46,275 bases of DNA. It comes from a virus. Taxonomy: Duplodnaviria; Caudoviricetes. The translations under genes and the position numbers were made by a program. This document shows, piece by piece, positions 9,389-17,675 of the stretch (position 1 is the first letter of the stretch; every line of letters starts with the position of its first letter). The stretch covers positions 1-46,275 of the IMG/VR virus record IMGVR_UViG_3300006169_000027; one strand, 5' to 3'. A model generated the notes under the pieces. The model did no database searches, was not told the origin of the DNA, and saw only the letters and a program-made list of their open reading frames with translations.

Positions 9389-9436
9389 AAAAACACGCGG
9401 ACACATCGAACATTTGTGATCCGGATGCGCCGCGTG
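9389..9436 (-). terminator. Probable intrinsic terminator after tail tube gene
   Basis: cacgcgg-gcatc...gatgtgtccgcgtg stem followed by TTTTT on minus strand. Confidence 0.55.
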
Positions 9437-9456
9437 CTTGAATTGATGTGAAAGAA

Positions 9457-10047
9457 TTACGCTTCGTAATCGAAACAACGATCGAAGATTCCGACCGGTG
9501 TGGCAAATGGTTCGGCAAGATCACCTTGCGACCAACGTGCCACCACGTTCCAAACGACTTCCGCGTTGATGTCTTCATCCACCGGATTCGATGGAAGGAT
9601 CGACACGGGATTGTCCGAAATGTGCGTCAGACGTTCGGTGCGGTATGCGATCGCATAATTGCGCGAATATTTGATCGCGTTGTAAAAAGCCGCGTTTCGT
9701 GCATAGTTCGGATCGAAGAATGTCAATTCGTGGTTGTATCCGGTCAAGCGCGTCGACTGATCACCGTATCCGGTTCCTTCTTGCGGATCGCCGCCGTTGT
9801 AGGATCCACGGACTTCCGGAATGATGATGATGTCTTTCGCTTCGATTCCGGTGCGCCACACTTGCGGATTGTCTGGATCACCTTGGAGCGTTGCCAAATA
9901 TGACTTCTTGATGAACGCCACGGAACGGATGCGTCCGTGTTCGATTTCTTCACATGGATCGCAAACGTGATCCGGAACGGCGACATCACATCCGCCGGGA
10001 TAATAAATCGCGTACAACATAAGTGTCGCGAGAAAATTTTGTTTCAT
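9457..10047 (-). CDS. Probable major tail tube protein
   Basis: 196 aa, beta-rich, follows neck/terminator-position genes, followed by a terminator. Confidence 0.55.
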   Translation of the reverse strand: MKQNFLATLMLYAIYYPGGCDVAVPDHVCDPCEEIEHGRIRSVAFIKKSYLATLQGDPDNPQVWRTGIEAKDIIIIPEVRGSYNGGDPQEGTGYGDQSTRLTGYNHELTFFDPNYARNAAFYNAIKYSRNYAIAYRTERLTHISDNPVSILPSNPVDEDINAEVVWNVVARWSQGDLAEPFATPVGIFDRCFDYEA

Positions 10048-10071
10048 GCAAATGATTTTTTTTGTGAATAA

Positions 10072-10644
10072 TTATTCCGGGCAAATGTTGAAACACGATT
10101 TTTTGACCGTGGTTTCCAATTGGTAGTTGATAAGAATCAACAGTTGTTCGGGCTTCAAAAAAAACGGTGTTGCTCCATATTCGATTTGAAACGCCGCGAT
10201 ATTATCGGGAACGATGGATTGGATTCGCACCGCCACCGTCCCAAAATTAGGAACTTTATGAATGACAGAAGGAAAGCCGTTCGACATAAAAAGTCCGAGT
10301 TCGTCCGCCTGGATCTTGACGCGTTCGCGGTCCGCATAAATTGCCGCACGCATTCCGGCGATCAATTTCATACGGTCGCCGTCGCCATAGCTTCCCGGAT
10401 CCGGCGGTGTGATCATCGATGTGATTCGGTGATACATCATCAACGGGAACTTGTCATCGATGCCGATATATTTGAACTGACCACGATCATCATAAACGAC
10501 CGGGAACATGCCGGCGCGGTCCGCCTTCGTTGCCGATGTTGCGATCCCGTGGAAAATAGATCCGGCGAAGACGTCGGAACACTTCAAGACGGTTTCGGCG
10601 AAATGGTGATTGATGGTGTCGGTGATCAAATTTAGTCCTTTCAT
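10072..10644 (-). CDS. Probable tail terminator/completion protein
   Basis: Synteny and size (190 aa). Confidence 0.45.
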   Translation of the reverse strand: MKGLNLITDTINHHFAETVLKCSDVFAGSIFHGIATSATKADRAGMFPVVYDDRGQFKYIGIDDKFPLMMYHRITSMITPPDPGSYGDGDRMKLIAGMRAAIYADRERVKIQADELGLFMSNGFPSVIHKVPNFGTVAVRIQSIVPDNIAAFQIEYGATPFFLKPEQLLILINYQLETTVKKSCFNICPE

Positions 10645-11114
10645 TTTTGCGTGTTTTGCTGAATGATGATTGATGCGATTTCAATGATGCGATCATTCGC
10701 GTATTGCTTTTCGAAATCGGTCATGTTCAAGATCTTCTTGCCGGTCTTGTCTTCATAATATTTGACCTTTTGCATCGCCGTCAGGCCGTCCGCGCCTTGA
10801 TCCACGAATCCGATGGCGTATCCTTTTTCGGACCGGAAGACCGTCCATGAATTAGACAATTTTCGCGTCAACACGAAGATCACATCGGTCCCGGATCCAA
10901 GTCCGCGCGCCTTTCGTTCGCGCAAGTAGGCGTTGGAATAGGTTCCGATTTTGTTGCCGTTGGAATCAAGACCGTCCGTGTGTATCCGTTTGTGCATGAT
11001 GCCAAGAACTTCCACGGCGATCGGACGCATGGAAATTTCAACATTCGCGAGTTGCTGAATGATGGATCCCATTTGTGCGGCAAATTGTGAAAAGTCGATT
11101 TTTACGGTTTCCAT
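10641..11114 (-). CDS. Probable neck/tail completion protein
   Basis: Start re-called to METVKIDF; RIHTDGLDSNGNKIGTYS..Y...R motif of virion morphogenesis proteins. Confidence 0.55.
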   Translation of the reverse strand: METVKIDFSQFAAQMGSIIQQLANVEISMRPIAVEVLGIMHKRIHTDGLDSNGNKIGTYSNAYLRERKARGLGSGTDVIFVLTRKLSNSWTVFRSEKGYAIGFVDQGADGLTAMQKVKYYEDKTGKKILNMTDFEKQYANDRIIEIASIIIQQNTQK

Positions 11115-12094
11115 GATACGCGCTTTGTGTCCGGCTTGCACTTGATGCAACACGAATCCGACACCCGCATTCCCGCAACAATGGTTCCAAGTGCTTTTTC
11201 ATATTCGATTTGATAATGATCGCGCAATTCGACGTATTGGTCCCGGTCGACCGTCGTGTGTTGATTGACGCGGGAAGATGACAACACTTCGATCGCCGTT
11301 TGATTGCCTAACAGGAATAACCACGCCGGCAAGAACAACTTGCGCGAGTGATACACGATCGCCGCATGATCACACGTCAATTGTCCCGTCACGCGCATCC
11401 CGTGGACGTTGGTTCCCGTGCTAGTCACGACGCCTTCGTTCGATACGATAACGCCATGCACGTCCGCGCCGGTCGTGTTGCAACACGCTTGCACGGTCTG
11501 ACAAAAACAAGACTTCGCGACGCCTGGAATCGCCGAATCGATCGTCCCGCCGGTTGCCGTTGATGCCACGATGAAAAGTTCATCTTCCGGGAATGCTTCA
11601 TCGATGATGATTTCATTCCATCCTTCGACGGTTTGCATTTCGGGCAATTCCTTGATGACGTTCCGTTGCCGGTTCAAGATCCGCACCGTGACCATGCGGA
11701 CGCCGGTTGCATAGATCCACACGGATCCGATCATGAATGTTTCGAAGGTTGCACGCTTGCGCCGGAAAGCGAACCGGATGCCGCGCCATTCGTCCGCAGC
11801 TACACGGACCGCGCCGTCTGGATCCACATCGGCGGCGATGTCCACCAAGTCGCCGGAAGTGTGCAGATCGAACCGTTCCATCATCTTCGCGACAATGTCG
11901 GATTGAATGCGAACGGCGGCGACGGACTGAATGTCAGTCCAGACTTTTTCGAATGTCGCTTGTTCGCGTTCGGCGATCTTGTCGATCATGTCCGTCGTGA
12001 TGCCGCCTAGCGCATTTATGAACATCCCGGACGGCGGCGAAGGTTGATTGATCATCGGTTTTTGGATTCCAACGTATCCGATCAATGATTTCAT
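11102..12094 (-). CDS. Probable head-tail adaptor with inserted beta domain, Cys-rich
   Basis: Immediately after capsid gene; helical N and C termini. Confidence 0.5.
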   Translation of the reverse strand: MKSLIGYVGIQKPMINQPSPPSGMFINALGGITTDMIDKIAEREQATFEKVWTDIQSVAAVRIQSDIVAKMMERFDLHTSGDLVDIAADVDPDGAVRVAADEWRGIRFAFRRKRATFETFMIGSVWIYATGVRMVTVRILNRQRNVIKELPEMQTVEGWNEIIIDEAFPEDELFIVASTATGGTIDSAIPGVAKSCFCQTVQACCNTTGADVHGVIVSNEGVVTSTGTNVHGMRVTGQLTCDHAAIVYHSRKLFLPAWLFLLGNQTAIEVLSSSRVNQHTTVDRDQYVELRDHYQIEYEKALGTIVAGMRVSDSCCIKCKPDTKRVSWKP

Positions 12095-12115
12095 GACAAG
12101 TGATTTTTTTGATGA

Positions 12116-12152
12116 AAATAAAAAAGGACGCCAACCATTGCGGCGGCGTCCA
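12116..12152 (-). terminator. Intrinsic terminator after major capsid gene
   Basis: ggacgccgcc/ggttggcgtcc stem plus TTTTTTATTTT. Confidence 0.75.
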
Positions 12153-12179
12153 TTGATTCCGTCAATTCATGTCCGTCGC

Positions 12180-13292
12180 TTATGCGTAAGCATACGCGCC
12201 TGGACTATTCGCGTCGTTTGTTGCGAAATACAACAAGGTTCCGTTCGTGCCGAACAATTCATCGTCGTTTTCATACAGATTCGACGGCATGACGAAAAGT
12301 TGAAAATATTTCGAAAGGATCACTTGCCATCCGCGACCGACGGCGGTCGGAACACCATTCAGATCGATGGTTTGCGGACAGGAAATGTAGCGCAATTGCA
12401 TGTCGAACATGAGATCGCGCAAGCAACCATCCGGATCCGCGCATTCGTTGAATTCCTGATAAGGAAAAGGAACCACCGTGAAGATGGAATCACCTTTCGG
12501 ACCGCCGAATGCACCGGCATAGCGATTTGTTCCAAGGAATTTAACGGATCCCGCCGTGAATGCACCGAATGCATTTTCACCCCAGATCGCGCGCGTCGCC
12601 TTGTCGAAAAACATGGTCGGAAGTCCCATGCGATCGCCGTTCACCAATTCATAATTCGCCATAAGTCCGTTCCCCACGATGCAGATGTCTTCACAAATTT
12701 CGTTTTCACGCAGATCCGAAAGAAGTTCAACCACGCCATCATTCAAGATTTGCTTGGTCACATCTTGCGGAAGGTTGATCACCTTTCCATCGGCGGAACC
12801 GATGGTCACGTTTTCACCGAAATTCGTCGCCATGCGTGTCACCAACGCTTCGTTGATGGAACGCAGTAACGCGTTAGCGTGTTGGACGTAAGTGTTGTAA
12901 TGTTCCGTCATCATCGGCGTCGCGGGATCGCCGACGTTCACCGTGTCCGATGCGTCGTCGCAATACTTGCGGATTTCGTTGTCAGGAATGAACCATGACG
13001 TCTGACGATACAACCATCCGGGAAGACCGAATTCGTCATAAACAGGAATCCTGTTCACGTCGCAGTTGTCTTCGTCTTGGATGCTTGATTCGCCTGGACG
13101 ACGTTGGAATTTCACCGTCAGGTTGCGAACGTGACCGGAATCCGGCGTCGCATCATTCAGCACCGACGCGGACGAATTCTGACAACAAAAAAGCATTTTT
13201 GTAAATCCGGACAAGTGCATCTTTTGTCCGGGTGCGTTTCCTTCCGCGACTTGTTCGATGTTTAGAAGTAACGCTTCGCAATAACCGTTCAT
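12180..13292 (-). CDS. Major capsid protein
   Basis: 370 aa, follows scaffold-like gene, followed by a strong terminator. Confidence 0.75.
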   Translation of the reverse strand: MNGYCEALLLNIEQVAEGNAPGQKMHLSGFTKMLFCCQNSSASVLNDATPDSGHVRNLTVKFQRRPGESSIQDEDNCDVNRIPVYDEFGLPGWLYRQTSWFIPDNEIRKYCDDASDTVNVGDPATPMMTEHYNTYVQHANALLRSINEALVTRMATNFGENVTIGSADGKVINLPQDVTKQILNDGVVELLSDLRENEICEDICIVGNGLMANYELVNGDRMGLPTMFFDKATRAIWGENAFGAFTAGSVKFLGTNRYAGAFGGPKGDSIFTVVPFPYQEFNECADPDGCLRDLMFDMQLRYISCPQTIDLNGVPTAVGRGWQVILSKYFQLFVMPSNLYENDDELFGTNGTLLYFATNDANSPGAYAYA

Positions 13293-13353
13293 AAGTCAAA
13301 AAATTTTTGTGATTGGAAATATTTTTTCTTTTGTCCGATCACTTCCGAATTGC

Positions 13354-14319
13354 TTACGTCGTCGGGTTGACGGGATTCGGGTTTTTGAGCGATTCCCGCG
13401 CCGCCGTTGTAAGATTTCGAATGTTTCCGGATCGTTTGACGCCGCCGCCTTCATTGTTTTTTTCAACGCTGACGCTTCGTGTCACATTTGTAGATGTTTG
13501 ACGGTTTTGTTGTCCGCCACGGTTTTGCTGATTGTTGTCGCCGGATCCGCCTTTGTTGGTTTGTTGCAACACGCCTTTTTGAGCGAACAAACTTTCCGAG
13601 AACGCGACCGGTGTGACCTGTTTGTTTTTGTCGTCGAAATAGTTGGTCCCGTCGGAATTCTTCAAGGACACAACATTTTTGTCGTCGATGTCCAAAATTA
13701 GACCTTTTTGTGTGATTTCCGCATCAAGTAACGCACGGAGTGCGGCACGCTTGGCGTCTGGACCAAGATCATCGTAGATGGTCTTTGTCGCCATCAAGGT
13801 CGAATCGATGTATGAATCGATCCGGTATTGCTTGAATTTTTGATCTGCCGACTTGACATCGTTGGCGCGTGCTTCTTTTTCGGCGGCAAGCTGACGATTT
13901 AGATCATCAATTTTCGCTTGAAGTGCCTTCGACTTTTCGTCGTCGTTTTTGTTGTCGGTTTTCTTCGCCTTCAATTTATCAACCACAAGCGCGATCCGCT
14001 TGGTTGATGATTTTTCGCCGTTCAATTCCGCGATGACATCGTCGTCGAAAATGTCCGGATTGTCCGTGTAGATCTGCTTCAAGGAACGATCCACATTCGC
14101 CATCGTTTCGGCGAGATAGTGACGTTTGATTTCTGGATGATTCTTTTTTGCATCTTCCACGGAAATCAAGGACGCGAACGCGGTGTCCAATTCTTCCGGG
14201 ACTTCGATTTTATCCAATTCCTTGTTGTTGGCGATGAATGCAACCAAGTTGTCGTTGTCGATTTCCAATCCTGCTTTTTTTGCGAGTTCATTCAGAAACG
14301 CTTTCAATGATAGTTTCAT
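13354..14319 (-). CDS. Capsid scaffolding protein
   Basis: Charged coiled-coil protein with low-complexity G/N/Q tail, directly before the capsid gene. Confidence 0.7.
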   Translation of the reverse strand: MKLSLKAFLNELAKKAGLEIDNDNLVAFIANNKELDKIEVPEELDTAFASLISVEDAKKNHPEIKRHYLAETMANVDRSLKQIYTDNPDIFDDDVIAELNGEKSSTKRIALVVDKLKAKKTDNKNDDEKSKALQAKIDDLNRQLAAEKEARANDVKSADQKFKQYRIDSYIDSTLMATKTIYDDLGPDAKRAALRALLDAEITQKGLILDIDDKNVVSLKNSDGTNYFDDKNKQVTPVAFSESLFAQKGVLQQTNKGGSGDNNQQNRGGQQNRQTSTNVTRSVSVEKNNEGGGVKRSGNIRNLTTAARESLKNPNPVNPTT

Positions 14320-14359
14320 AAATGCGATTTGTTTTTTTAAAAGTTGATGATTTGATCTT

Positions 14360-14446
14360 TTATCGTGGACGCGGTCTTCCCGGTCGTGGTCGTGGTCGTG
14401 GACGTGGTCGACCGGTTCCGGGACGCGTGCCGCCGCCGCAACACAT
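14360..14446 (-). CDS. Putative 28-aa peptide MCCGGGTRPGTGRPRPRPRPRPGRPRPR
   Basis: ATG overlaps upstream TAA (TAATG); fills the intergenic gap; explains the CCACGA repeats. Confidence 0.6.
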   Translation of the reverse strand: MCCGGGTRPGTGRPRPRPRPRPGRPRPR

Positions 14447-15024
14447 TATTGTCCGGACTTTCCGGATCCTTTCTTCGATCCGGTTTTTTTGGCGGACGCT
14501 TTTTTCGTGCCGCCTTTTTTGGTCGCGGTGCGTCCACCTTCACCGCGCGCGCCTGGAATTGAATTGATTTCATGTTCGCCGATGTCAACACCTTCATCGG
14601 TGTCATGATAATCATTCGACGCGCTTTCGTTTTGATCGGATTCGTGCGCTTCATGCGCGCCGCCGTCCTTGTTCAAGGAATCATCCTTGTCGGCTTCGCG
14701 GTTGCGCGTGTCGCCATCGATGCGATTGGATGACTTTTGTTTCGGACCTTGCGCGCCTTTCGTCGCGGCTCCTGCGCGTTCGCCACCGCGACCGCCGGCG
14801 GTTTGCGACTTCGCCGATGGACGGTCGCCATCGTGTTCCGTGATCTTCGCTTTGAGTTGATCCGGAAGGCGCGTGTTTAATTTTTCGAAATGTTTCTTCG
14901 CGGACACCGGATGCGTCGTCGTCTTCGTTACCGGCTTCCCGTCCTGATAAACGGGATTGATCCCGTCATTCGACACAATTGAAACGACGGTGATGTGTCG
15001 CTTTTGCGTGTTAGGATTCGACAT
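14446..15024 (-). CDS. Hypothetical protein with disordered, Lys-rich histone-like C-terminus
   Basis: 192 aa ending TATKKGGTKKASAKKTGSKKGSGKSGQ; first gene after a promoter. Confidence 0.7.
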   Translation of the reverse strand: MSNPNTQKRHITVVSIVSNDGINPVYQDGKPVTKTTTHPVSAKKHFEKLNTRLPDQLKAKITEHDGDRPSAKSQTAGGRGGERAGAATKGAQGPKQKSSNRIDGDTRNREADKDDSLNKDGGAHEAHESDQNESASNDYHDTDEGVDIGEHEINSIPGARGEGGRTATKKGGTKKASAKKTGSKKGSGKSGQ

Positions 15025-15067
15025 GATCTTTCGTGTTTTTAGATTAAAAAAATGAAATTTATCGTAT

Positions 15068-15075
15068 CAAATTTA
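15068..15075 (-). promoter_or_regulatory. Bacteroidota -7 promoter element TAAATTTG driving the head operon
   Basis: Exact TAnnTTTG match in the AT-rich divergent intergenic region. Confidence 0.6.
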
Positions 15076-15110
15076 ACATAAACCACGCCGAACGGCGAAA
15101 AAATGGAATC

Positions 15111-15704
15111 ATGGACACATTCAATCACATCATCCAATCGAAAAAATGGCAAAGGAACGGCGGATCATTGTGCGGTCCGGGAACCGATCACGCGTCCGGC
15201 GCGATCATCGCCATGGAAAACATGATCCAGCATTTCGGATTCCGGTCCGTTCTGGACATCGCTTGCGGCGATGGATCCTTCATGACGAAAGTGCTTGCGG
15301 ATCACTTGATCGAATATCATGGAATCGATATTGTGGAAGATCTTCTTGCCGCCTTTCGTGTCAATGCACGCAAGATCAAGACGACGCGGAAGATGATCAT
15401 GACGTTGCAACATGGCGACGCGTCAAAAGTGGATCTTCCGAAAAAACAATTGGTCGTTGCGCGGGACGTGTTCATTCACCTTTCGTTAATTGATGCCGCG
15501 CGTCTTCTTGACAACATACGGCGCGCCGGCAATGAATGGATGTTGATCACGAATTTTCCAGGCGCGTCGCAAAATTTCGGCATTGCAACCGGTGATTGGT
15601 ATCCGATGAACGTGAACTTGGAACCTTTCAACATGCAACCGATCGTCATGTTTTATGACGGATATGACGGTTTTCAAAAATACCTTGCCTTGGTCAAGCT
15701 GTAA
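15111..15704 (+). CDS. Class I SAM-dependent methyltransferase; only credible plus-strand gene
   Basis: VLDIACGDG motif I, YHGIDIV, RDVFIHL motifs. Confidence 0.85.
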   Translation: MDTFNHIIQSKKWQRNGGSLCGPGTDHASGAIIAMENMIQHFGFRSVLDIACGDGSFMTKVLADHLIEYHGIDIVEDLLAAFRVNARKIKTTRKMIMTLQHGDASKVDLPKKQLVVARDVFIHLSLIDAARLLDNIRRAGNEWMLITNFPGASQNFGIATGDWYPMNVNLEPFNMQPIVMFYDGYDGFQKYLALVKL

Positions 15705-15894
15705 TATCTTCCGGGATAATTGGTTCGCCGGCTTCGAAGACGATGTCGTTGTCTTGAAGTTCGCGCAATGGTTCATCGTGTCGGTTCGGGATCAACACTT
15801 CGTCCGGGATGCCTTCCGGGAACGCTTCACATCCACCTTCGAACCGGCGGAAGTGCTTACACTTGAAACAAATCAAATCAATGGTGTCGGTCAT
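15694..15894 (-). CDS. Small Cys/His protein downstream of MuF (possible immunity/partner)
   Basis: CxxCxH..CxAFPxGIP..H motif. Confidence 0.65.
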   Translation of the reverse strand: MTDTIDLICFKCKHFRRFEGGCEAFPEGIPDEVLIPNRHDEPLRELQDNDIVFEAGEPIIPEDITA

Positions 15895-15898
15895 GATT

Positions 15899-17659
15899 TC
15901 ACTTTTTTGTCTTCTTTAGGAAATATTTGTCGATCAACTTGCCAATCTTCACCGCCATCGGTGACGGGTTTGACGAAAGACGATATTCGGTGAATCCTTC
16001 CGCCATGAATTCGTTCAAATTGGTCATGGCATATTCGCCGATGTGATAGTCGTTCAAGGAAATGTCGGTCCGCCTTCCATACCATATTTCTGAAAGTGTC
16101 ATTGAATATTCGTCGTTTAATTTCCGCAATTCAGAATAAAACTTCTTGACGGTCGGATCAATTGCGCCGCGACGCTGCACGGCGATCACATGCGCGAATT
16201 CATGGACCACGGTCGCGACTTCAATGTTTTCGGGATCGACGCGGGATTTGCCGCGTAATTCCGTCGAATTAGGCTTGTAGGTGCGTCCGTAAGTGTCCGC
16301 GCGGTGTCCAAAATTGATTTCAAGAAGATATTCGCCATGATTGCCACCGGTGCGGACGAATCCGAACGAATCATCGTCAGACGAAAAGAAAAGTCGTGTC
16401 CCGAAATCCTTATGAATGGATCCCGAAAGATTGTATGTATTCGCAAGCTGTTCCGCCATGTCCGCCATCTTTTCCAGGCGTTCCGGTGTCAATGCCGGAT
16501 TGATGTCGGCGGCGATCTTGAAGTCCTTCACTTTTAGGCCAAGCGCGTCGGCGAACCGTGTTTGAACACGTTGATGTGCCTTCGTGACGCGTTGGTTCAA
16601 TTCAACCATCGGATCCACTTGCGTCGGTGCGGCTTTTTTAGCCGTTTTTTGGGCTTGTTTTTTTGGCGGTGTCTTAGTACCGGCGGCGGTCGGATCCGGT
16701 CTTTTTGGCGCGGTTCCTTTGATTTTTGACCATGTTTTGTATTGGTCAGTCGCGAAGACGCGGTTTTTGATCGATTCCGGGATCAATCTTTCATTCGTCG
16801 GAAGGATTTGATGCCCGCAATTGTATCCGCCACGGCGGACGAAAAAGTTCGACACGTTGGTTCCTTCGATCATGCCGCCGGGAAGACCGGTGCGTTGATA
16901 GATCGGCACGGGTTTCATTTCACCGCCTTTCGCGCGATAGCGAAGATCTTTTGCGGCAAGAAGGTCCGGAACTTCCGAAATGTGAAAATATTCGCGGTCA
17001 GTCATGGCGTCGCAGAATGGACGTGTGGTGTCGATGTCGTGTCCCGCATACCGGAACCATTCATAACCAAGGTCCGACGCGATGAAGTGCAGATTTTGCG
17101 CGGAATACTGATTGACCGCGTCGACGGTGATTTGTTTTGCGTATCGCTGCAATGCGCCATCGGTGTCCGTGTCGGTCATGCGTTGCCGCAACATGTCCAC
17201 TAAATCGGAATATTCGGATCCCGTGGTGATGTTCTGACGCAAAAGTTCGGTGACTTCATCTTGAAGGGATACGGCGATTCCTTGTTCGCCGAGTTGCTTC
17301 ACGGTTTGGTCAATCATCTGACGCCGCATTTCTTCCGTGAATTCAGACGCCTGGAAATTCTTGTCCGCTTGCGCGAAGTATTTCGTTTGAAGATCGTCGA
17401 TCGTGTTGAACACCGACGCATATTCCTTCACCGCCTTCTTGTAATTCGCGTTATCCACTAGCATCGAAGTCACCGCCGCACGGATGTCATTCATCAGTCG
17501 CAGATTCTGGACCGTATTGCGGACGGTTCCGCCTGACAATTCAAGGTCTTTCAACTTCCGTTCGATTCCTTTCAATAGTTCTTTTTGAATGGAACCGATG
17601 GATCCTTGAAAATTGCGGATCGCCGTGGTGATCAAGTTTGTTAGTGAATCAAGTTGCAT
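15899..17659 (-). CDS. MuF/minor head protein with C-terminal zincin metallopeptidase domain
   Basis: YAG..TTRPFC..RGGYNCGH (MuF-like), K/P/A-rich linker, HEFAH plus YAMTNLNEFMAEGF. Confidence 0.8.
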   Translation of the reverse strand: MQLDSLTNLITTAIRNFQGSIGSIQKELLKGIERKLKDLELSGGTVRNTVQNLRLMNDIRAAVTSMLVDNANYKKAVKEYASVFNTIDDLQTKYFAQADKNFQASEFTEEMRRQMIDQTVKQLGEQGIAVSLQDEVTELLRQNITTGSEYSDLVDMLRQRMTDTDTDGALQRYAKQITVDAVNQYSAQNLHFIASDLGYEWFRYAGHDIDTTRPFCDAMTDREYFHISEVPDLLAAKDLRYRAKGGEMKPVPIYQRTGLPGGMIEGTNVSNFFVRRGGYNCGHQILPTNERLIPESIKNRVFATDQYKTWSKIKGTAPKRPDPTAAGTKTPPKKQAQKTAKKAAPTQVDPMVELNQRVTKAHQRVQTRFADALGLKVKDFKIAADINPALTPERLEKMADMAEQLANTYNLSGSIHKDFGTRLFFSSDDDSFGFVRTGGNHGEYLLEINFGHRADTYGRTYKPNSTELRGKSRVDPENIEVATVVHEFAHVIAVQRRGAIDPTVKKFYSELRKLNDEYSMTLSEIWYGRRTDISLNDYHIGEYAMTNLNEFMAEGFTEYRLSSNPSPMAVKIGKLIDKYFLKKTKK

Positions 17660-17675
17660 TTGTAGATAACATTTG

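Noticed and set aside
14319-14448. Stop read-through fusing the 192-aa protein to the scaffold (frame is open after the TAA)
   Set aside because: TAA is rarely read through; the scaffold has its own A-rich start; the repeat region is better explained by the 28-aa peptide ORF
14337-14654. 105-aa basic ORF from the track
   Set aside because: Mostly overlaps 14446-15024 in another frame of low-complexity sequence; likely a shadow ORF
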